Shown here: piece after piece, positions 10,421-22,361 of the stretch
Position numbering within the stretch: the stretch's first letter is position 1
Layout: each line of letters begins with the position of its first letter
NCBI RefSeq assembly: GCF_001194135.2
Contig: NC_068987.1
Span: 53,705,758-53,750,305 of the forward strand
Direction: 5' to 3'
Length of the DNA stretch: 44,548 nt
Origin: Octopus bimaculoides
Taxonomy: Eukaryota
Position numbers and translations under genes: made by a program
The notes under the pieces: generated by a model
Told to the model about the DNA's origin: nothing
The model's input: the letters and a program-made list of their open reading frames with translations, nothing else
Database searches by the model: none

Positions 10421-13400
10421 TATATATATATATATATATNNNNNNNNNNNNNNNNNNNNNNNNNNNNNNNNNNNNNNNNNNNNNNNNNNNNNNNNNNNNN
10501 NNNNNNNNNNNNNNNNNNNNNNNNNNNNNNNNNNNNNNNNNNNNNNNNNNNNNNNNNNNNNNNNNNNNNNNNNNNNNNNNNNNNNNNNNNNNNNNNNNNN
10601 NNNNNNNNNNNNNNNNNNNNNNNNNNNNNNNNNNNNNNNNNNNNNNNNNNNNNNNNNNNNNNNNNNNNNNNNNNNNNNNNNNNNNNNNNNNNNNNNNNNN
10701 NNNNNNNNNNNNNNNNNNNNNNNNNNNNNNNNNNNNNNNNNNNNNNNNNATATATATATATATATATATACACGCATATATCTATACTGCAGACACAATT
10801 TGAATAAGACCAGATATCTAATAGGTGTGCACAGAACCAAAATGAGGGACTTACAATTTTTGGCTACGACTTGCTAGATTGTAAGTTCTAATCCCACAAG
10901 AACAGTCAATTCATTTCACCTGTCTGAGACATATATCGCGCACATTACAGATGACTTTCCACAACCACTCAATATCATCTCCGAGGGTGGAGAATTATGA
11001 TTAAATATGTTTAATCATTTATCATCTCCTCTCTGTGTAAGCGTTTTGTCAACAAAGTAATTTCTTTCGAGGCCGCTACATTTGTTAGAATGGAGCAGGC
11101 AAAGTGTCACACGTCATCCCCCAGCTGTTTTAATGAGGAGCTCATTGGATAATATGAGATTACATAGTCTATGATTGAAATGAGACGGGATTGTAACAGC
11201 TGAAACTCATAGACCAACTCCATCAGAATAACTTACTGTAACAACAAAGTGTCAATACAAGAAAATACTATTATTGTTTTTACTGTCGCCTGCCATTTTT
11301 GCTGCTTTTAGTTCTGCTGCAACTGTTTTGCTTAGCGTTGTGATTTTGGATCGTAAATAAAACACAACTTTTATTAATATAAGGATAAACTAATGTACAC
11401 CAATCACGGAAAATCATGAACCATTGTGTATTATCAGCAGCTGCAATGCTGGTTTGATTCCAATGTTTCTAATTTATATCACCAAGATTTTTCAGAACAT
11501 ATAGAAACGCTATTCAGTTCCAGTATATCGTTGAAACTTCACTGCAAAATCTAAGTTTCTTCTAAAATGTCTTCTACGTTTTTGTAATTATAAATTATAA
11601 ATCATTAAATTCGTGAAATAAATAATTGTACAGCGACTGTTATTGTTGTTTTTCTTTAACACGATGTGAGCCTGGTCGAAAGTATTCACGATCAAAGTCG
11701 TTTAATCTATGGCCGGTATTGTTTGTCCGAATATTTGTATGCTTATACGACATTGTAATTTATGTAAAGCCGATCGGAAAGTCCTACGATAAAGTCATTT
11801 AATTTATTTCCAGTGTCTGTTTGTATGCCTGTATATTGATATAGAAATACTTATATTGTCATATTTATGATCCCATTTTTAAGAATGTTCAGAATGATTC
11901 GTGCGAGTTGATATAGCTACTAACTCTGACATCTTATGCGACAATAAAGATTCTGTTTGCTGATTTCATGGACATATCAGTTCTGAGAAACCATTATAGT
12001 AGCTTGGCTACTATTCTTTGAAACAGTAGAAACTTTGAAAAGCACGATTTCTTTTACTTTGTAACTCTGACATCTTATAAGTAGCATTAAGAAATTATTA
12101 CGTGATACGTATTCTATAGAAGCTCAAGTAACTATATGCATGTATGTGTGTGTACGCGTGTGTGCGTGTGTACGTGTGTGCAACCAAAATATGATAAGCC
12201 CTTTGTCTCATCACCTGTCACAACTTTTATTAAGTAATTGATACCTCACATCGCTACTTGTAACAGCCACCTCTCTAAAGTTACCTCACACCTTCATGAT
12301 TTATCCCTCTCACCGCATCATACGTCAGCTACTTCTATGAAATAATGAAATAGTTCTAACTTATACTTCAGAATTCCTTTTACATCAACCACGTCTCTCT
12401 GAAGAAATTAAATAGAAAACTACACGGAAAAAGAAAGAGAGTGAGTGAAGGATGTTGCCGAGCAAACGAGAATTTCGGCTAGTCTCTCTGCTGTATATTG
12501 CTGCCTGACAATAATTTTCGTATGCGGTAAAGCAAGTCGCATGTCTTGCTGGAAATAGCAACCTAAATTCCAGCAGATCACACCCTGCAGTCTTTAATAA
12601 ATTATATATCTGATAAAGCGGTTTTTTGATATACAAAAAAGAGGGGATGGCTACAATTGGAACGTTTTTCAACATAGGTCTATTTGATCAGAGCCGATCT
12701 GGGACGAAACAACAACAACCAACTACCAACAACAACCTGTTTTACTTTGCACAAACAAAAGAAGGCCTCTACGTAGTTGCTTTACCAGCATTAAATAACA
12801 TTGAAATTTCTGTCAAATCAAATCAACCGATGGCAGTGGAAAATATAATCCAATAAAGTAATATAACGTCATAACAAGCGTTCGTACCTGTTTATATTAC
12901 ATAAACAAATGGAAATCAAACTGGAGAGAATTCTTCCCCCGTATTTGTAATAGATTTATGACACCAACCACAGACCCACATACATCCACAAAATAAGAAG
13001 AAAAAAATCCTCAGGAATTAGTGGTCATCTGCGTCAGCAAAGAGCATTGAATTACGTTAACAAATTTGTATAAGGCAAAAACTCTGACATTTTGAAATTT
13101 TATATCGTATTTATATTGCGACGAGACGAGAATACTGAAGGAAAGAAAGAAAAAAGAAGCAAACAATCAAACGATCAAACGAACAATCAGCAAACCAGGC
13201 AAAATGTTAAAAAAAGTGTTTAAACTTATGTTACCGACGACTTATCGACACTGTGAACACGCGGCATTACATATGTTTTAAAATAATAATTTATAATATA
13301 AAACAACATGATCCTCTTTTTGAAGGGAAGCGAATATATGTGTAATTCATATCAGTTGTGCTAGTTTAATAAAGGTGATCTTAGCAGGCTGGAAACTGTA

Positions 13401-14879
13401 GTAAATTGAGGAATAGTGAGAGAACGAAACGCCCGAAACATCAATTCGTGTGTGCATTCTTTTGGCAATTTCTATTACCCTTGGAGTAGAAGAGGAAATT
13501 TTACCAGGTGATATGGACCATTACAATAATAAAATGATTTAATATATTCAAATTCGCATCATTCTATTATTAGCAGTAATAGAATACTATTAGCAGTAAC
13601 TTAATGTTTTATTTCATTAACATTGTATTTTATTTAACACTGTATTATATTTCATTTATGATTTGAACTAATAACACCTGGCATACTGAAATATACATTA
13701 GGAAATATTAAAACTGTTTCTCTCTTTTCTTATCTAAGTAATTTTGATATCCATCAAATTTGTAAACAGCAAAGGGCATATATTTCAATGTGATAGCACT
13801 TTGGGAATTTACTCTGTAAATACGTTCTCCTGATTACCAATTCTGGACTTACTGATAACGAACGTGGAGAGACTAAGCAATCCCGTAGTTCTTTAGATTG
13901 TATTTGCATTCAGTACAATTGGCATTTAACGTTTATATGCGTGATTAACATTTCTACCGTTGTATGAATTAATTAAATTTTCAGAATTCTAGATTTCGGA
14001 ATACTTATTGGAGATATTCAAATGTGTGTTAATAAGATTAGCTAACTATCATGATAGCTACCATGATAATATCTATAATAAGCAGGGTAAGATCATTTGG
14101 CTTGAGTTGCTACAGAACTATAATTGTGAGCTAGTTTCTATCTACAGATATTTTTTTTCTTTTAACTCAGATGTTCAGGCTAGAGTTTATTGTCAAAGGT
14201 TAAATGCCTAACAGTCGTAACTACCTGAATAGTTAGTTGTTGGTCTTCAAGACAACGAGCGGATGTTATGTGTCTCTACTGGTGCTGTACTACTATATCA
14301 TTAGCCTTGGTTTATCTTGCTCCAGGTTATAGCAATTGTAAAAAGATAGTGCATTTGGTTATCTTTGTTCTATATTCATTTATTTACTTCTTTTTTCAGC
14401 AAACTAGTTGAAGTAACCCTTGTATCATCAGAACCTCCATTTTACCGGCGGTAGTTTTCATCAGTATAAAAAGAAAGAAGAAACGCAAATTACTTCAATC
14501 AATAGCAAAAAGTATAAACGTAAAACACATATTGCTACTAAATTTATATTGAATTTTTAGATTAGATCTTCGACTATTTGAAAGACAAAAATGCAGAAAT
14601 TTATTCTTTATGAGATATTAATTTCTTATTCAGCAGTAATTAATATACATGCTTTAAACTGCTTCAGTTTAAAGTACCGGTGTTTGTATAGCACTTATGT
14701 GTTAAGAACACCCATCTTTGACAATTTTCTGTACAAATTATCGCAGATAGCGCCGTGACCTGTTCGTTTACATATATATATATATGTATATAGTAGGAAT
14801 TTACAAACAAACAAAAGACGAAGACGGTGTGTAAACATCAAACAGATGTATTAGTTTAGCGCTCGGGAAGTGAGAAAGT

Positions 14880-14915
14880 CTTTTACGCATCGAGCCTACG
14901 CTCTTCGGCAGAAAG
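14880..14915 (-). ncRNA. Degenerate minimal type I hammerhead ribozyme motif
   Basis: Minus strand: cttt-CTGCCGA-A-GAGC-gtag-GCTC-GATGCGTA-aaag. Stem I (cttt/aaag) and stem II (GAGC/GCTC) are intact; 3 core substitutions versus CUGANGA and GAAACGUH. Confidence 0.7.
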
Positions 14916-15194
14916 GAACACAGAAATAAACAGGGAGAGAAAATAGAAAAAGGTTTAGTGGCTAACGATCTATCATTGCGAATGCCGGAAAGAGGGGTCA
15001 CACAGGAGAACTAGGAAGAAGGGGGAGATAATAAAGTAGTGATGATCCCTAAACGAAGGTGCGCATGCGTTTGTATGTGAGAGTGTGTATGTGCGTGTAG
15101 AAGGGGGCTGGTGACCTTGACGTGTGCGTGTGTGCATGTGTAGGTGTGTGGATGATGGTGTACGCCCTGCTGTGGGTGCTGGGAAGCGGTCAGT

Positions 15195-15291
15195 ACTAGT
15201 GTTGGGGGTGATGAGGTGTGGTGTGGTGGTGTGTGGCGTGGTGTTATGTGGTATGGTGATGTGGTGTGGTGGTGTGTAGTGTGGTGTGGTG
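15195..15291. repeat. Imperfect (GGTGT)n tract running into a gap
   Basis: Seen directly; the far side of the gap (15560-15720) is G/A-rich. Confidence 0.9.
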
Positions 15292-16774
15292 NNNNNNNNN
15301 NNNNNNNNNNNNNNNNNNNNNNNNNNNNNNNNNNNNNNNNNNNNNNNNNNNNNNNNNNNNNNNNNNNNNNNNNNNNNNNNNNNNNNNNNNNNNNNNNNNN
15401 NNNNNNNNNNNNNNNNNNNNNNNNNNNNNNNNNNNNNNNNNNNNNNNNNNNNNNNNNNNNNNNNNNNNNNNNNNNNNNNNNNNNNNNNNNNNNNNNNNNN
15501 NNNNNNNNNNNNNNNNNNNNNNNNNNNNNNNNNNNNNNNNNNNNNNNNNNNNNNNNNNNGACAGGGAGAGGGTGGAAGAGAGAAGGTGGTAGGAGTGAAG
15601 TGTGGAAGTAGGTGCCAGAGCAAGAGAGGAGAGGTTGGTGGGAGGAAGTAGGTGTAAGAGGAAGAGAGGAACGAGGAGGAGGGTTGCATAAAGAGGAGAG
15701 GGGAGTTGAGCCCATGTGGCGCAAAGGAGCGAAGAGAGAAGATTAATCCCTGCTCACGGCGAAGACGGGAGTCCAGATGGCCCCTGTGCAAGGACGATCC
15801 GTGTACATAGACAGGTGTTGTAAAGAGTGACAGGTAGAGCGGAAATCGCGCGAGACCGGGGTGTCGTTGCCGAGTCCGATATCTCGGAGGTGTTCCGCGA
15901 ACCGGTCAGCCAAGCAGTTTGACTGACGTGTAGAGAAGGACAGAGAGAGCAGGAGATGCAGTAGATGACGTTGTTAGAAGTGCAGGTAAAGATGTCAGTG
16001 ATATGATAGGGTCGATGATGGGTTCCTGTGAGGAGGGTGGTGTTGGGGATGTAAGGGCAAGTGCAGCATCGTGGGAGAGATAAGGGGAATCGAGCCCAGT
16101 TGGGAGGTTGGGTTAGGGAAAAAGCTGTAGACCAAGAGGTCTCGTAGGTTGTGGGCTCGTCTGAAGGAGGTGGAGGGTCGGTTAGGGAAGATGTGCGAAG
16201 TGGAGGGGTCGGACAGGAATTACCGGAAGGCTCGGAGAATGGTGCGTTGGAGAGGTATGGTGGTGGTGTGGTATGTGAGGGGAAACGTGTGACGGGTGAT
16301 GGTGGGGTGGGTGCGGGTGTAAAGAGAGCAGATGCACGGTCCACGGCAAAGGCAGTGTGGAGAGTGGGGAGGGGATATCCACGTAGGATGAAGTGGCAAG
16401 CCATGAGCTGAGACTGAGTCTCAAAGTCATGGTTGTCACTGCAGAGCCTGCGTAAGTGGAGGAACTGGAAATAGGGGAGGAGAGCTTGGTGTGTGTAGAG
16501 TGGGAGGAGGAGAAGTTGAGGTATGGGTGTGAGTCTGTGGATGGAGGTGGTGAGAGTGGAGTGATGAATGTTGACCGAAATGTCGAGAATGGCGACTGAG
16601 GTGTCGAAAATAGTGCAGGAGTAGTGGAGGACAGGATGGAAAGATTTGACGAAAGAGAGGGAGGAGTCTAGATGACCGTGGTAGAGTGACGTCGCACCGA
16701 TACAGTCGTCAATATAACGACCGTATAGTTGAGGGGTGGGACCAGTGAAACTTGAGAATATTAGTGCCTCAAGT

Positions 16775-19720
16775 AGACATTTCAATTTAAGAAAGTATTT
16801 AATAAAATGATTTAGAAAATTATATAAAGAAAATATTACCGGTTTCGATGATGAATCTCTCCCACGATGGGAAAAGTGCGAAATGTGGTTCCTTAAATAC
16901 GAAGAGAAAGCTATCCCCAAAAATACACACCACAGACAATCCCTTAATTAAAACAAAACAGAACAAAGCATGAAATCCTACAAAAGCAATCAAGCCATCA
17001 AACACAAGACACCTAATCCACAACNNNNNNNNNNACACACACACACACATAACTCAAACCAAATCCATCCAACTACAACGGAAGGAAAACTACACCCAAT
17101 CACAACACAAATATTCCCCACATTTTCTCTCACAAATCCATCTCCAGAAATAGCATAAACCAACCTTATAACGCAAACACTCTAAATTTTGGAAAAGATA
17201 CACCAGGCTACATCAGGTCCCCTAATAAAATAAAACGACAAGAAATACCCTCACCAGAACCGCAATCACGGCAGGATAAATACAATGGCCTTTGGCAGAG
17301 ACCCACCCAAATTATCTCGACCTCTCTGAACTCCAACAGGACTGCAACATAATAGCAACTACAACAGACCCCCTTCTCAACACACACACCATCAAAAACG
17401 ACCCTACAGACTCACTCAAAACAGACCGACATCAAATATCAACTCAAAGTTAGAGTCCTTTTTTAGCGCAAGGACAGAAATACCAGGTCACAGAAATACC
17501 CCAACGCACACAAGAAACAAATGGTAATTAACTTTTAAAAAAAAAAAACCATTAACTGACACCCAAATAAAAATTCTAAGTATGGGACTGAAGTTTAGAC
17601 CCACACCACAAAGACCAAATTTCCCCCGAAATGAAAAATGACATTGCAGAATTCTGCCGAAAACGCAGGCTGACCAAATACTCTACCAACAACTCTAATG
17701 ATAAGGACGAATCACTGGCCAGATGCAAAAGCAATCATCATTGCCCAAATAAATGGTTAAATAAAGCACTGGCCTCCTACTATGAGTGCATTATGACTCT
17801 ACCCTTTGAAAAAATTGAACATAGAAACATTAAATCAAACATTACAAAGCATGAACGGATGAACCTACAGGATTTACAAGAAATTACGGATATTACTATC
17901 TAAGAATCCGATAAAGGGAGCACTGTCATCATTATGGACACTAACTATTAGAAAGATCTAGCACTTACAATGCTAGAGAACAGCAAGTATTATGGAAAAG
18001 CAACCCATTACAAAAAATCAAAAATAAGACACAAAAACTCACAACTCTTTTAAAGAAGTATAACAAAAGCTTAACCAGCTAAAAAATTGACTATACATGC
18101 CACTTCAAATGAAAAACGAGCAACTTCTATAGTTTACCAAAAATCCGTAAATCCAAAAGGATAAATGGTGTCTAAAATTCCTCATCAAACAAATACATAC
18201 AGTTAACACCTCCAAATGATCTTAAACCGAAGACCAATCACAGCAGGCCCAGCATGTGAAACAGACAGACTCTGCAACTTCTTGGACATCCTCCTAAAAT
18301 CCTTCCTGAAACATATACAGAGCTACATAATGGATGACCAAGACATGCTAAATCATCTGGAAACAAAAATACAAACGGTAAATAGACATACAATTTTTAA
18401 TTCATTTGATATGGTCAAACTATACACCAACATTCCCCATGATTATGGAATAACTGCAAGCCAATACTGGTCAGACACTCACCAATCTGAACTTACAACA
18501 CGCATGGGTATGAAAGTAGACCCCCACGCGATAGGTACGAAAGTAGCCCCGACATACGCCAAATTAGTCAAGTGATTCCACGAACAAACCTCTTCTAATA
18601 TTCCAACCTTTTCTAATATTCAGTGACACGTTCCATACACAACTCAGAAACAGCTGGAAAAGATACTTGGATGACTGTTTTATCTTATGGCAGGTAAACA
18701 TTGACAAGCTAACTGAATTTAAGAACATGTTACACAACTTCAGCAATAAAATTCAAATCACAATGAAGTTTAACCCCAAAGAACATGTCTTTCTGGATAT
18801 ACTAATCAGAAACCTAGATGGATAAATAGAAACAGACATGTTCTACAAACCCACTGACTCTAAACAGTACCTTCTTTTCACATCATGTCACCCGAAACGC
18901 ACCAAACTTAACATTCCCTTCAACCTGGAAAACGAATTTGTACCATAGTATCAGAACCATCCAAACGTGAACAAAGGCTAGAGGAACTGAAGGAAACGCT
19001 TATCCAAAGAGGCTTCCCTCCTGGCTTAATCACCAACGGAATAGACAAAGCAAAACAAATTGATATCAATGTAAAACAAAAAACAAACGAAGGAAAAATA
19101 TCTTACCACTCGTGCCACTCTTCAATCCCAGAAACACGAAAATATTTGATCACACACACAAAAACCTTCCCATCTTATTTGCAGATGAAAAGTGAGACAA
19201 ATTTTGAAAAAACAACAAATCATCAAAAGCATAAGGCAGTCCAAAACACTAAAACTCGTTCTCACTGGTGCAAAACTGCACAAAGAAACCCGCAGCCCGA
19301 CTGACGCAAAATGCGGAAGAACAAACTGCGGCACTTACCATTACCTAATTGAGGGAGCAGAATTTAGATTCAAAGATTGTCAAACCTTCAAAGTTAAATC
19401 CAATCTCAACTCCAACATAGAAAACCTAATCCACGCGATCACATGCAATGGTTGCCAACATAATTGCATAGTTCAGACGGGAGGATTTTTACGCCACAGA
19501 ATTACGATCCATCGCCAACAGATCCAAAACAAAATCACAACGAAATTCCTTTAAGCAGTCACATTCCAGCCTGTTATGGTACAGACTTACCACATTTCAA
19601 AATATTTCCCCGTACAAGTGCTCAGTGTGAGGACCGTGCGATGCAAGGTGAAGGGAATGGCTCCTTAGTACATCACACAGACTTTACAGGAAATATTAAT
19701 TGAATAATACATATAAGTAC
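16775..19720 (+). mobile_element. Decayed near-full-length Penelope-like retroelement (RT + GIY-YIG)
   Basis: Collinear motifs LSMGLKFRPTP (17576), DKGSTVIIMD (17910), FYSLPKIRKS, RPITAGP, SFDMVKLYTNIP (18402), GTKVAPTYA, WKRYLDDC (18655-18678), FLDILI, FYKPTDSKQYL, QRGFP, KCGRTNCGT and NLIHAITCNGC...VQTG...RITIHRQ, with many stops and frameshifts. The 5' limit (16775-17570) is less certain. Confidence 0.92.
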
Positions 19721-20034
19721 TAGAAAGAAAACGGACACAACCGAGTAAAATGGTTAAGAGAAGATTTATTGATATGTTAACATGTGTGTCGGTATGCGCG
19801 TCATGAATACAAGATAATAGTCAGGCTGTCATAAGAACAGATTCCGTGTGTGTAAGCATAGATATAAGCGCGTGTTAAGAACATATAAGAATAGCAATGC
19901 AGAAGAGAGTGACAGAGTTTCTAAAGAAAAGTGAGAAGAATGTTCATAAACACAAGTAAGATAATTAATAGCAGTTCATAGTTATTAGTACACAGTAGTT
20001 GAAATACTGTTTTGCGCTCTTGTCCCATTTTGTA

Positions 20035-20077
<43 letters not shown>

Positions 20078-20559
20078 NNNNNNNNNNNNNNNNNNNNNNN
20101 NNNNNNNNNNNNNNNNNNNNNNNNNNNNNNNNNNNNNNNNNNNNNNNNNNNNNNNNNNNNNNNNNNNNNNNNNNNNNNNNNNNNNNNNNNNNNNNNNNNN
20201 NNNNNNNNNNNNNNNNNNNNNNNNNNNNNNNNNNNNNNNNNNNNNNNNNNNNNNNNNNNNNNNNNNNNNNNNNNNNNNNNNNNCTGAGACGACAAGGCCT
20301 ATACGATAGAAGTAGACCCCGAACGGTCTACAAACCACTGAAGTTATTAATCCTTTACCACAAGAGTGGAAAACGATTTTAATATCATAAATCGCGAAAT
20401 CTTGAGTTATAGTGTTGTCCACAATATTTTATAAATCTTTTCTGTGCATCTTCCTCACATACAACATTGTGTTAATGGAGCGCTCTTATTATATTATATA
20501 ATTATGCTTATATATATATATATATACAAACAATATATGAGTATATGCATATATATGTA

Positions 20560-21110
20560 CATGTATGTACATACCTTCATCTACATGTACATATAGATAC
20601 ATATCTGGGTACATGACGTTGCACAAAAAAACATGGACAAAATGATAAACAAGGTACAAAATACATGCAGGTCGCATAGAGAACATATCCTTCATCAGCT
20701 GCCACCATTAAAACACTGGCGTTTCGAAGAGTTAGGGCAGGACGCATCGTTAAAATGGCTCTCCTCACGAACACAAATTTAATTTTTTCGTGGAAGATAT
20801 TGGCGGACGGAAAACAAGACAGGAAAATTAAACGGTGAAATAAACAAACAAAACGGCTGTACAGCCAGCCGTGGAGAAGTGTGTGTATATTGAACCCTGT
20901 GATGCACGAACTGGAGAGGCGAAGAAGTGCGTGCGAAGTTTATGGAGTCCAAGACCGAAAAGAAATGACAACTGGACACATGTAACCAGCGAGGGTTAAG
21001 GAGAAAGAGTGGCAGAGGGAGAAGAAGGGGAGGAAGTAGAATATAAGTGAGCAACGAGAGGTAGAGAGGGAGAGAAATATTAGTAGTGACGGGAAGGGGC
21101 GAAGGACAAG
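20560..21110 (-). mobile_element. Probable PLE terminal-repeat remnant with two hammerhead-like motifs
   Basis: Minus strand: GTGAGGA-GAG...CTC-ttc-GAAACGCC (20718-20768) followed by CTGATGA-A-GGATA-tgttctc-TATGC-GACC (20668-20698). An upstream purine/pyrimidine-biased tract resembles the 3' region of the PLE at 15560-15720. Confidence 0.5.
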
Positions 21111-21149
21111 CACAGAGAGATAGAGAGAGAGATAGTAGTGACAGGGAGA

Positions 21150-21195
<46 letters not shown>

Positions 21196-21326
21196 CCTAT
21201 CAGGTGGTGCTATTAAGTTAGTCATGGCCTGCACCAGTCTTTGATCGAAACATATCTAAGTTTATCTAAGTTTGTGTGCGTATGTGTATGCGTGTGTGCG
21301 TGAGTGTGTGAGTGTCTGTGCGTGTG

Positions 21327-21368
<42 letters not shown>

Positions 21369-21490
21369 TTCAAGTGCATATATTCATTTAATTCCAGACT
21401 GACTACAGTTGACGTTTACCAATTTTTACTGATTTCTATATTGGAACCACCATCTTTCGTACTAGGACCGAGCGTCTGGTGTATTCGCTA

Positions 21491-21523
21491 CTGAGGAGAC
21501 CAAATCAGTTAAGAGAACGTGTC
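21491..21523 (+). other. Highly degenerate hammerhead-like motif
   Basis: CTGAGGA-GACC-aaatc-AGTT-aa-GAGAACGTGTC, followed ~20 nt later by AATAAA. Confidence 0.3.
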
Positions 21524-21945
21524 TTATAATCCACCGGCGTTATGAATAAACCCCTGTGCTTTTAGCACACAATTCTCCATAAGAGATTTGTGACAAATTG
21601 TTACAGCTTGTAGGATCCCACGTCAGTATACACCAGTATTTGTCCTTCAGTAACATTTAATCATGTTTGCTTTCTTTGAGGAATGTTATTAATATGAAGC
21701 TGTTAAGGTTAGCTAATCAGAAACAGTATTAAAATCCTTGGCATTAATTTAGAGATTTGTTTGAGAGAAAAATAAATATTTATCATTGATGCATTTGGAA
21801 GTGATACGATGCTATATTGTAATGAATTAGACAGCGTTCGCCTAATCAACTGCTGTCAATAATTAAGTAAATAGTGGCGTTTCTCTCACAATCATTGCAT
21901 ATGTTATGTTACTCGGCAGTACATATTTGCTATATTATTATAACA

Positions 21946-22323
21946 CTAGCAGGGATACCCGGCGTTGCTCGGGATTAAATGGCATAGTTATTTTATTCCT
22001 TTATTTGTTACAGTTATTTAGCTGTGGCCATGTTGGAACACCGCCTTTAGTTGAACAGAAAGAAAAAGAGGAAGAAGGAACGTAAGAAAGAAAGAAAGAA
22101 AGAAAGAAAAAAAAGAAAGAAAGAAAGAAAGAAGGAAAGAAAGAAAGAAAGAAAGGGTGAAAGAGTGAGAAAGACAGAGAAGAAAGGAATGAAAGAAAGA
22201 AAGAAAGAAAGAAAGAAAGAAAAAGAAAGAAAGCGGGAAAAGAAAGAAAGAGGGAAGAAAAAAGTAAGAAAAAATAGGGAGAAAGAAAGCGGTAGGAGGG
22301 GAAAGAAGGAGGGGAGAAATAAA

Positions 22324-22361
<38 letters not shown>

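Larger units (their letters stand above)
14815..16770 (-). mobile_element. 5'-truncated Penelope-like retroelement: RT C-terminus, Cys linker, GIY-YIG, low-complexity 3' region and terminal repeat
   Basis: ORF 15754-16920 contains LYGRYIDDC, VAILDISV, LRRLCSD..F, LRGYP, PRCCTCPY and FTCTSNNVIYCISCSLC. The C-terminal motif REQGLIFSLRSFAPHGLN lies near 15700-15760. A hammerhead-like motif sits at 14880-14915. Confidence 0.9.

Noticed and set aside
12385-12856. ORFs 12385-12675 (-) and 12626-12856 (+) as host gene exons
   Set aside because: No recognisable domain or convincing splice pair, and the lengths are within chance expectation.
5139-13585. Short 8-9 bp-stem hairpins at 5139-5163, 11996-12014 and 13561-13585
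   Set aside because: AT-rich stems this short are expected by chance in 44 kb.
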